Origin: an uncultured virus (IMG/VR IMGVR_UViG_3300040960_001631)
Lineage: Duplodnaviria > Heunggongvirae > Uroviricota > Caudoviricetes
Length of the DNA: 57,997 nt
Virus record (IMG/VR): IMGVR_UViG_3300040960_001631
Location: 62,001-119,997 of that record
Direction: 5' to 3' (one strand)
In this document: one piece after another, positions 18,334 to 25,662 of the stretch
Position numbering within the stretch: position 1 is the stretch's first letter
How the letters are laid out: each line of letters starts with the position of its first letter
Notes under the pieces: model-generated
The model's database searches: none
Told to the model about the DNA's origin: nothing
Seen by the model: the letters and a program-made list of their open reading frames with translations, nothing else
Translations under genes and position numbers: made by a program

Positions 18334-19974
18334 ATGGGTCGTTATGTAAGCTCAGGTGAAGCACAAGCAAATTTAGTAAGTACTATCGAAGCTTCAGAAT
18401 GTTATCAAGTGCCTACTCACAAATATGCATATGATGCTAATGAAACTTGGCAAAATAAAGTAACTATAGATACACCAGGAAACTATACATTTACAGTACC
18501 TAGTGGTGTAACTTGTATGAGAACTATTGCTGTCGGCGGAGGAGGCAAAAGTTATTGCACTCAAACGTGTTGCGGTTATGCAGGCGCCGGCGGCGCATAT
18601 GCAGAAAAATGGGATACTGTACAAGGCGGATGCACAGTAACAGTTGTTGTAGGTAAACAACAACAAGATACTACAATATCATATACTAACTCCGGAGGTT
18701 CTGCTATTAACATGACTGCAGGCGGCGCTATTGGATGTACTTATGGTACTGCTAGTGGCGGTGACATAAACAGTTGCGGTGGCTGTGCAGGAAAAAACTG
18801 TTCGTGCTGCGGAGGTTCTTATAGTCACTACTGTGGATCATGCATTTATACATATTCAACCACTTGCTGCGGTTACTGTGTTGTTTGGTCGGGCATAAGT
18901 GCTAGACAACTTGATCCAAATCATAATACTAATGGATGTTGTGTATCAAGATATTCAGGCGGCGGTTCGGCAGGTTCTTGGCTATGGTGTCACGGAGGCG
19001 CCGGTCAAAGTGCTGCTAATTGTTTTTGTAGCTCCGGCTGCGGCCCAACAGGCGGTGGCGGTGGCGGCATCGGCTACATCTGTAGACAAGAAGTACATCC
19101 GTGGAGATGCGACTGTATATGCATGAAAAGAGGATACAACGGTCAGTGCTACGGCAAAACACTAAAAAATGCATATCACCCTCCTAGTGTAGGCGGCGGA
19201 GGCGGATCCAAATTCCAGTGCTGGACCTGTTGTGAAGGATCTAGTATAATTGGTTTTTGTATGGCCGGACGTAGAAGAAACGGGCACGGCGGCCTAGGCG
19301 GAGAAAGCAACAATGAAGGACGCGGTCACGAATTTATTTGGGGATTTGGCTCATCACCAAACGAACATGGAACTAGCTTTTATACTGAAATAGAAAAAGG
19401 TCCATCACCTAAAAAGTATCATTGGCATGACATACACGATATGCGAGGAAGCGGCTCATCAGGCAGAAGTTTCCAAAGATATTGCCACGCAAACGGCGGT
19501 AGTTGGGTAGGGGCTATCAATGATGGCACTCCAGATAACGCAGGCGAAGGTGCAGGCACAGGTGCAGTAGTCTATCACTGCTGCTCAATTGATACTACAT
19601 ATGGCGAATGCTGTTTGAACGGTGCTAATGCATGCGGTACATTAAATTGGGAATTAATTTGTTGTTTAGGAACAATGAACAAAATTTGCTGTGCAGATCA
19701 AATGATGGATATGATACAACCTTATGTTCTTGCATGCGCAGGCACACTAGGAGGCGCAGGCGGAACAGGTATTTGCCATTATACTCAAAAAGCAGGCAAA
19801 GGCGGCGGAGCCGGGGTAAGTAGAAGTGCTATACTATGTATTTGTTATGGCGGAAGTTATGACAATTGTAATGGCGGCGCGACACCGTTGGCATTTCCGC
19901 CAGAAGAACTAGACTGGCGTGTAAGTAATGCTGGCACAGGTATGGCAATTATATATTGGAAAGACGCTGATTAA
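18334..19974 (+). CDS. Cys-rich glycine-rich-domain protein B, tandem paralog of A
   Basis: TFTVPSGVTCMRTIAVGGGG...SNAGTGMAIIYW; about 47 Cys in 546 aa; colinear with protein A (CGSCI, TCCGYCVV, PDNAGEGAGTG, CAGTLGG, GGSYDNCNG, LAFPP). Confidence 0.7.
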   Translation: MGRYVSSGEAQANLVSTIEASECYQVPTHKYAYDANETWQNKVTIDTPGNYTFTVPSGVTCMRTIAVGGGGKSYCTQTCCGYAGAGGAYAEKWDTVQGGCTVTVVVGKQQQDTTISYTNSGGSAINMTAGGAIGCTYGTASGGDINSCGGCAGKNCSCCGGSYSHYCGSCIYTYSTTCCGYCVVWSGISARQLDPNHNTNGCCVSRYSGGGSAGSWLWCHGGAGQSAANCFCSSGCGPTGGGGGGIGYICRQEVHPWRCDCICMKRGYNGQCYGKTLKNAYHPPSVGGGGGSKFQCWTCCEGSSIIGFCMAGRRRNGHGGLGGESNNEGRGHEFIWGFGSSPNEHGTSFYTEIEKGPSPKKYHWHDIHDMRGSGSSGRSFQRYCHANGGSWVGAINDGTPDNAGEGAGTGAVVYHCCSIDTTYGECCLNGANACGTLNWELICCLGTMNKICCADQMMDMIQPYVLACAGTLGGAGGTGICHYTQKAGKGGGAGVSRSAILCICYGGSYDNCNGGATPLAFPPEELDWRVSNAGTGMAIIYWKDAD

Positions 19975-19994
19975 TTTCAAGGAGAAAATAAAAA

Positions 19995-20501
19995 ATGACA
20001 TGGGCTAAAATAGTAGACGACGAAGTTGTACAAATATTTGAAGGTGATCCTAGAAATCATTGGCACCCAGATGCTCTAGTGTATTGGGAAGATGTACCAG
20101 ATGATATAGGAATAGCCATCGGTTGGCATAGAAGAGAAGACGGAACATGGGCTGACGCTGAAACTTGGCAAGCAGAAGATCCTTTGCTAAATATGGCAGT
20201 AGATCCAGGACCTCCGTCTTGTAATCTTAGGTATGCTATAGATGATGATCCAGTAAACAACACTGTTATAATTACTGCAACAGCAGAAATTGCCGGCGAT
20301 TATGACGAAGATAATCCAGAACATGTACCTTCGTGGTCGTGGAATGATGGAGATGATACATCAAATGAATGGGAAGTAACTATAACAGTTACTAAAGATC
20401 CAGATGCTATTACACAGCATACGTTTTCATGTAGTGTAGTAGGCACAGGTGGTACAAGCGAAACTGAAGAAGTTACAGTAAACATACCTAGATCTGCTTA
20501 A
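19995..20501 (+). CDS. Acidic protein, possible fibre-assembly accessory with C-terminal PKD/Ig-like domain
   Basis: MTWAKIVDDEVV N-terminus of the kind that follows phage fibre genes; C-terminal beta pattern WSWNDGD...HTFSCSVVG.GG; SD aggag. Confidence 0.55.
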   Translation: MTWAKIVDDEVVQIFEGDPRNHWHPDALVYWEDVPDDIGIAIGWHRREDGTWADAETWQAEDPLLNMAVDPGPPSCNLRYAIDDDPVNNTVIITATAEIAGDYDEDNPEHVPSWSWNDGDDTSNEWEVTITVTKDPDAITQHTFSCSVVGTGGTSETEEVTVNIPRSA

Positions 20502-20510
20502 TTAAAATAA

Positions 20511-20542
20511 AAATGTAGAGTAAAGTTTTTTACTCTACATTT
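20511..20542. terminator. Long hairpin at convergent junction, probable bidirectional terminator
   Basis: Perfect 14-bp stem aaatgtagagtaaa-gttt-tttactctacattt with A/T-rich flanks between convergent genes. Confidence 0.6.
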
Positions 20543-21138
20543 ATTTTACAATTCTTATAAATTTTATTTAAAGTATAAAAGTCATCAATCTTTTGATTGC
20601 AAGCAATTTCCATATTTATTGCTATTCTATTAAATTGACTGTTGTGTGGTAAAGGTTCATGGGGCATCCATGAGGGCATAATAACCAAATCTAATTCTTC
20701 TGGTATAAAAACTTGATCTAAGTGATCTTTTGTAATAACTCGCAATCCACAACTATTTTCCATTTTGTCAATCGGTACTTGTAAATAAAAAACACTGTTT
20801 ATACTACTTGTTCTAAGATGATGATGTAGATTACTTCTATAAGTATTTTTATTATAAACATTTGCCCAACAAATTGTTCTGTTGTATATAGAAATGTCTA
20901 AATTTTCGAATACAGTATTACATATATGTTTAAAAGTATTATATAGTATAGAAAATTCTTGATCAGATTCTTCTACTACAAAAGTATATCCTCCATTATA
21001 ATCGCCTGTTTCTATTTGAGATTCAACAGTTGCAATCATTTGCTGTTGTAAAGAGTGATCGATAGATAATGTTGTATATAAAAAATAAGGATTATTAATA
21101 TTATAATTAATACCGTTATTTTTGTAAAAATTTTCCAT
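20530..21138 (-). CDS. 2OG-Fe(II) oxygenase, TIGR02466-like
   Basis: WANVY...H-x-H (LHHH)...SVFYL...PSWMPH...RIAINM motifs of the double-stranded beta-helix oxygenase fold. Confidence 0.75.
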   Translation of the reverse strand: MENFYKNNGINYNINNPYFLYTTLSIDHSLQQQMIATVESQIETGDYNGGYTFVVEESDQEFSILYNTFKHICNTVFENLDISIYNRTICWANVYNKNTYRSNLHHHLRTSSINSVFYLQVPIDKMENSCGLRVITKDHLDQVFIPEELDLVIMPSWMPHEPLPHNSQFNRIAINMEIACNQKIDDFYTLNKIYKNCKINVE

Positions 21139-21778
21139 CTGGATCAGGTATTCCTGTTGTAATAATGTTAAAACTTATTATAATTCTGTCTTCGTCAATT
21201 TGGTTAGGCAATGTTTCGTGCTTCATATAACTAGGCCACAACAACAACATACCGTCTGTTGGTTCTACAGTATGCATAGCATTGCCTCTATATAGAGTTT
21301 GTTCTGGCTCGTTTGATAGTGCATATTCTTTTGGATCAGTAAAAATTATATTTCCGCAATTTTTGTGTGTTTTCACGTAGTAAACTCCACTCCAATGACA
21401 CGGACGATGATCGTGCAAAGGTACCCATGCACCTTTAGGATAAACAGCAGCCCATGCATTTAAAAAATACCATTGTTGGCGATAGTGTAACTGACTAAAA
21501 AACTCATTCACTAATGGAGACAAATGATCAAAGAAAAAATTAAATCTATCGTCACCCACAAGTCCGTTATTATCCAACGGGTCAAAATTTGAATAACCCA
21601 ATTCTTCTCTTTGAGTTGAAAACTTATATTCATTCCATTTATGGCTAAGAACTCTCCGATTTACGCCCGAGTCAAACAGCTCTGTTATTTCTTTAATTAA
21701 TTTTTTATTTAAACTATCATAGTTGTCTACTGTTGCTTCTAAAGTAGGAACAGGAAAAAGTTGTCTTATAACTTTCAT
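21116..21778 (-). CDS. 2OG-Fe(II) oxygenase, TIGR02466-like
   Basis: LFPVP start; W....KG....HDH...WSGVYYV...G.I.F.DP...LLLWPSYMKH.T.PN....RIIISFN. Confidence 0.85.
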   Translation of the reverse strand: MKVIRQLFPVPTLEATVDNYDSLNKKLIKEITELFDSGVNRRVLSHKWNEYKFSTQREELGYSNFDPLDNNGLVGDDRFNFFFDHLSPLVNEFFSQLHYRQQWYFLNAWAAVYPKGAWVPLHDHRPCHWSGVYYVKTHKNCGNIIFTDPKEYALSNEPEQTLYRGNAMHTVEPTDGMLLLWPSYMKHETLPNQIDEDRIIISFNIITTGIPDPDGKFLQK

Positions 21779-21780
21779 TT

Positions 21781-22296
21781 TTATCTCCAGCTAGGGCCTA
21801 AACAAAACCCGAAAATTACGTATCTTGTGCCTGATGTTACTGTACTAACACTATGTGGAATAAAAGAAGGAAATACAACAATATCGCCGGTGCCAATATT
21901 TAAATTAACGCCCGACATGGATATTTCTCCGCCTTCATAGTCGTTATTTAATAATAAAGAAAATGACAGTTTTCTCTGCATATCGTTTTCGTCTACTAGA
22001 GGTCTAGAATCTATATGTTCTTTATTATAATGATGAAATGTTTCATACTTACCAAAGTATGCTTCTATCTTTGTAGATAAATCAAAATTAAAAAAATAAT
22101 TATTTGCTTCAAAAACTGCATTAATTATTTCCTTATGATTGTTTAAATTTACACTTGTAATTTTTACTTTTCGGTAAGTCGAATCAGTTCCTTGATTAAT
22201 TTCTTCTAAACGCTTGTCATCATATAATTTAATAATTTCATTGCATTCTGATGTTGTACATAAGTTAACACTTTTATAAGTAAATTGATTAAACAA
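21781..22296 (-). CDS. 2OG-Fe(II) oxygenase, prolyl-4-hydroxylase/PKHD-type
   Basis: HID...RKLSFSLLLNNDYEGGE...VFPSFIPH.V..VT.GTRY; TTG start preceded by SD aagga. Confidence 0.85.
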   Translation of the reverse strand: MFNQFTYKSVNLCTTSECNEIIKLYDDKRLEEINQGTDSTYRKVKITSVNLNNHKEIINAVFEANNYFFNFDLSTKIEAYFGKYETFHHYNKEHIDSRPLVDENDMQRKLSFSLLLNNDYEGGEISMSGVNLNIGTGDIVVFPSFIPHSVSTVTSGTRYVIFGFCLGPSWR

Positions 22297-22390
22297 CGAT
22301 TTATCCTTTTGTTACACTTAATTATACTTTAAAAGTAAGCAGCCATTAATTTATGAGTTGCCACTTTTAAATTTGTATAAACAGTTGCTC

Positions 22391-22398
22391 TATAAATA
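22391..22398 (+). promoter_or_regulatory. T4-like late promoter (TATAAATA)
   Basis: Exact T4 late consensus in the divergent intergenic region, upstream of SD agga and ATG 22427. Confidence 0.75.
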
Positions 22399-22426
22399 TC
22401 TTGTACAAACAATATAGGATCTTTTC

Positions 22427-23350
22427 ATGAAAAAAGTAGTTTTTATCAACGGTGGCGCTGGTCGAGTTATTTCTAGTATTCCTGCACTAGAAGAATTAAA
22501 TGAAAGAAATGAACTAGCAGGAATAGTGTGCGAAGGCGGAATGGAATTTTACTTAGGTCACCCTACACTGCAAGACAAAGCATTTGATGTAAATCAAAAA
22601 GGATTGTTTGATAGTATTATTAAAGATAATTTATGCGTCAGTCCAGAACCATATAGGGATCACGAATATTATAACGTGAATTCTAGTTTACAACAAAGTT
22701 TTTGGTATCAAATTTTAGATGAACGTACTAATGATAATAAAGTTCCTACTATTAAATTAAATAAGCACGAAGAAATGGCAGCTGTTGATATACTTACACA
22801 AGTAAAACAACAACAAAATAAAGATAAAACTATTGTTATACAGCCGTTTGGCAGAAGCAGTCAAATGGGCGCAGGTATAGTATATGACGGTAGTACAAGA
22901 AGTATAGAACAAAATACCTTTATAGAACTTGTGGCAGATTTGTCTAAAGATTATAATATCATCTATATGGGAGAACACGCATTGAATGTTGTAAATCTTC
23001 CAATTTTCCAACCTAATGAACCTATTCCGTTACGAATTTGGGCTGCAATTATTGAGTCTAGCGACTATTTTATTGGGTGCGATAGTGTAGGACAGCATAT
23101 TGCATATGCATTCCAAAAACCAGGAACAGTTGTGCTAGGAAGTACTTTTGCAAAAAATGTAACCTATCCTGAATATTTTAATATAATAGAAAAAGAAGAC
23201 GCAGCTAAAACTTACAGTCCAATTAGAATAGCAGGTTTTGGTTGTGAGGAGGCTGACAGACTAAATGATGCACTCATGGATTTCAGTGCAGACGAAATTA
23301 AAGCAATGATCAAAAATATTAGAGATCATATCAAGAAAACTACGGAGTAA
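22427..23350 (+). CDS. GT-B glycosyltransferase, GT9 (ADP-heptose heptosyltransferase)-like
   Basis: N-terminal GGAGRVISSIPAL (cf. GT9 xxGD.V...P.L), IVIQPFG, and AAII..SDYFIGCDSVGQHIAYAFQKP..V.LG.T (cf. GT9 IG.DSG..H.A.A...P...FGPT). Confidence 0.7.
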   Translation: MKKVVFINGGAGRVISSIPALEELNERNELAGIVCEGGMEFYLGHPTLQDKAFDVNQKGLFDSIIKDNLCVSPEPYRDHEYYNVNSSLQQSFWYQILDERTNDNKVPTIKLNKHEEMAAVDILTQVKQQQNKDKTIVIQPFGRSSQMGAGIVYDGSTRSIEQNTFIELVADLSKDYNIIYMGEHALNVVNLPIFQPNEPIPLRIWAAIIESSDYFIGCDSVGQHIAYAFQKPGTVVLGSTFAKNVTYPEYFNIIEKEDAAKTYSPIRIAGFGCEEADRLNDALMDFSADEIKAMIKNIRDHIKKTTE

Positions 23351-23356
23351 AAATAT

Positions 23357-25054
23357 ATGTGGTTACTAGCCATTAATACAGGTCACAACGGATCTTCCGC
23401 TTTATTTAAAGATAACGAACTTGTCTATTATGTAGAAGAAGATAGACTAAGTCGCTTAAAGTATGACGGAAATCCTTATCTTGGAATGGAAAAAGCATAC
23501 GAATACACAGATCATATAGATTACTTATTACTGTGCGGAACAAGAAATGCCTTTGGAAAAATGCCTTGGACAGGTGAAGATCCTTATACTTGTTATATAA
23601 GGAAAAAACAACCAGGTATAAAGTTTGAAACAAAGATGTTTGGCGATGATCATCATTTAACACACGCGGCTACCGGATTTTACAATTCTGGATTTGACGA
23701 AGCAGCAATTGTAGTAGTAGACGGCGCAGGCAGTGGTTTTGACTTTCCAGAAATTCCCTCGCTAATGCAAGAAACTTGGGAAGTTGAATCGATTTATTCA
23801 ATGAGATATCCAGCAGAACTTGAATGTCATGTAAAATATTATGGAGCAAACTTTAACGATAGTTTCCATTTAACAGATAACAATACGTATGTAGAAATTT
23901 CTGACAGACACGGCTTAACAAAAGTATATGAAGCTGTAACGCAATTTTTAGGATTTCATGCAATTGAAGCTGGAAAAACTATGGGACTTGCTCCGTATGG
24001 AAAATTCAACGAAAGCATAAAATTAAACAACGGACAGTATACTAATAGAAATTTTGTTAAACCTAAGTTTCCTGCATCTAATTTTATAATTGCAGACTTA
24101 GATGACGAATTATTAGAAATGCAAGGCGACGATGCATGGCATAAAGATGAAACTAAAGTAGGAGATTATCGTAAAGATCTTGCTTATATGGTGCAGCAAA
24201 CTTCTGAAGAACGTTTAAAGCTATTAATACAAAAAGCAATAGATATTACAGGATTAACAAAAATAGTAATTTCGGGAGGCTTTGGACTAAACTGTGTTGC
24301 TAATTATGCAATGCTTGAGGAATTTCCTGATATTGATTTTTACCATGAACCAATTGCACACGATGGCGGAAATGCTATAGGTGCATGTCAGTATGTGTAC
24401 AGATCATTATCTGAAAATAAAGAAAAGACTCCCTTAAAAAGTTTATATTTAGGTCCTAAAAATGATAACAGATACAATGATATAGATTTTGCAGGTTTTG
24501 AAGTAATTGATTCTACAACAGAAGAAGTTGCTAAATTAATTGCAGATAAAAATATTGTTTGCATGTATCAAGGACGTTCTGAAGCAGGTCCTAGAGCTCT
24601 TGGTAACAGAAGCATACTTTTTGATCCTACTGTTAAAAATGGTAAAGATATTGTTAATGAAGTTAAGCGTAGAGAATGGTTCCGTCCATTTGCTGGGACA
24701 GTACTAGCCGAAAAAGCAAGTGAATGGTTTGATTTAAGAACTAAAAAAGAAACACCATTTATGATGTATGCTGTAAATGTAGTTGACAATAAACAAGATA
24801 TTATTCCTGCAATTACCCATGTCGATGGTACATGTCGTATTCAAACTGTAACAGAAAAACAGAATAAAAATTATTACAATTTGATCAAAGAGTTTGAAAA
24901 AATTAAAGATGTTCCTATACTCTTTAACACAAGTTTTAATTTAGGCGGAGATCCTCTTGTAGAAACAGTAGAAGAAGCATTGAGTACTTTAAAAAAGTCG
25001 GACTTGAAATATTTGTGGTTACCAGAAATTAACAAACTTGTTATAAAGGATTAA
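23357..25054 (+). CDS. O-carbamoyltransferase, NodU/CmcH/TobZ family
   Basis: H..S.AL...EEDRLSR.K, HHLTHA, VVDGAG, GKTMGLAPYG, SGGFGLNCVAN, DGGNAIGA, GRSEAGPRALGNRSIL.DP, VKRREWFRPFA, HVDGTCRIQTV, NTSFNLGG.PLV. Confidence 0.95.
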   Translation: MWLLAINTGHNGSSALFKDNELVYYVEEDRLSRLKYDGNPYLGMEKAYEYTDHIDYLLLCGTRNAFGKMPWTGEDPYTCYIRKKQPGIKFETKMFGDDHHLTHAATGFYNSGFDEAAIVVVDGAGSGFDFPEIPSLMQETWEVESIYSMRYPAELECHVKYYGANFNDSFHLTDNNTYVEISDRHGLTKVYEAVTQFLGFHAIEAGKTMGLAPYGKFNESIKLNNGQYTNRNFVKPKFPASNFIIADLDDELLEMQGDDAWHKDETKVGDYRKDLAYMVQQTSEERLKLLIQKAIDITGLTKIVISGGFGLNCVANYAMLEEFPDIDFYHEPIAHDGGNAIGACQYVYRSLSENKEKTPLKSLYLGPKNDNRYNDIDFAGFEVIDSTTEEVAKLIADKNIVCMYQGRSEAGPRALGNRSILFDPTVKNGKDIVNEVKRREWFRPFAGTVLAEKASEWFDLRTKKETPFMMYAVNVVDNKQDIIPAITHVDGTCRIQTVTEKQNKNYYNLIKEFEKIKDVPILFNTSFNLGGDPLVETVEEALSTLKKSDLKYLWLPEINKLVIKD

Positions 25055-25060
25055 TATCAA

Positions 25061-25627
25061 ATGGGAAGATTTTCAAATTATATAGATTCTATAACTGAAT
25101 ATAGACAATCGAGAAAGTCTATCGGTATGTCTATATTTGGAGTTTTGTTAGATGATTCCACAATATTTACGCCAGGAGATATGCTAAACGTATACGAACA
25201 TGTGCCCGAAGCACTAAGTGTTTTAAATCAAAAAGGATATGACTTTGTTTTGATTACTGGACAACCTAATCGTAGATCAAAAAACATCGATCAAAAAGAT
25301 TTTGAAAATATTATAGCCGCCATGCAAGAAATGTTCACAGATTTAGGTTGTACAATAAGAGGCTCTTATTATACCAATTTAACAGAAAAAAGTGATCCAT
25401 ATGTAAAGCCTAATACAGGTATGTTTAAAAAAGCAGAAAGTGATAAAAAAATTACATGGAATGAAAGTTTTTATATAGGCGTCGACACTAATGATATAAA
25501 AGCAGCAAATGCTGTTAATGCGACTCCTATATTGTTAGGCACTTTATCAGATATCGATAGTGTTTCTCTAAATAAAATTAATTTACAAACTTTTAAAAAC
25601 TTACTAGAATTTGCAAAAGCTATTTAA
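25061..25627 (+). CDS. GmhB-like HAD-fold protein with degenerate catalytic motif
   Basis: Aligns with GmhB 35097..35714 (KPNTGMFK, F(Y/F)IG....D.KAA..V.A.PIL). D-x-D motif I is replaced by SIF (IGMSIFGV versus IGIDRDGV), TNQ by TGQ, and GD by GV. Confidence 0.7.
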   Translation: MGRFSNYIDSITEYRQSRKSIGMSIFGVLLDDSTIFTPGDMLNVYEHVPEALSVLNQKGYDFVLITGQPNRRSKNIDQKDFENIIAAMQEMFTDLGCTIRGSYYTNLTEKSDPYVKPNTGMFKKAESDKKITWNESFYIGVDTNDIKAANAVNATPILLGTLSDIDSVSLNKINLQTFKNLLEFAKAI

Positions 25628-25638
25628 TTTAAATCTAG

Positions 25639-25645
25639 CTAAATA
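25639..25645 (+). promoter_or_regulatory. T4-like late promoter variant (CTAAATA)
   Basis: Intergenic ctaaatacta followed by SD gagga and ATG 25663. Confidence 0.55.
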
Positions 25646-25662
25646 CTACTGAGAGGACTAGT

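Noticed and set aside
16761..19974. Cys-richness as a sign of genetic-code reassignment or a RiPP precursor
   Set aside because: Cys are ordinary TGT/TGC codons, catalytic Cys motifs elsewhere are normal, all three stop codons end genes, and the proteins are over 500 aa with a fibre-adhesin frame.
20530..25054. DNA hypermodification locus (TET/JBP oxygenase plus carbamoyltransferase)
   Set aside because: The oxygenases look TIGR02466/P4H-type rather than TET/JBP, no methyltransferase or thymidylate-synthase-like gene is nearby, and the context is structural and late. It is disfavoured but not excluded without the rest of the genome.
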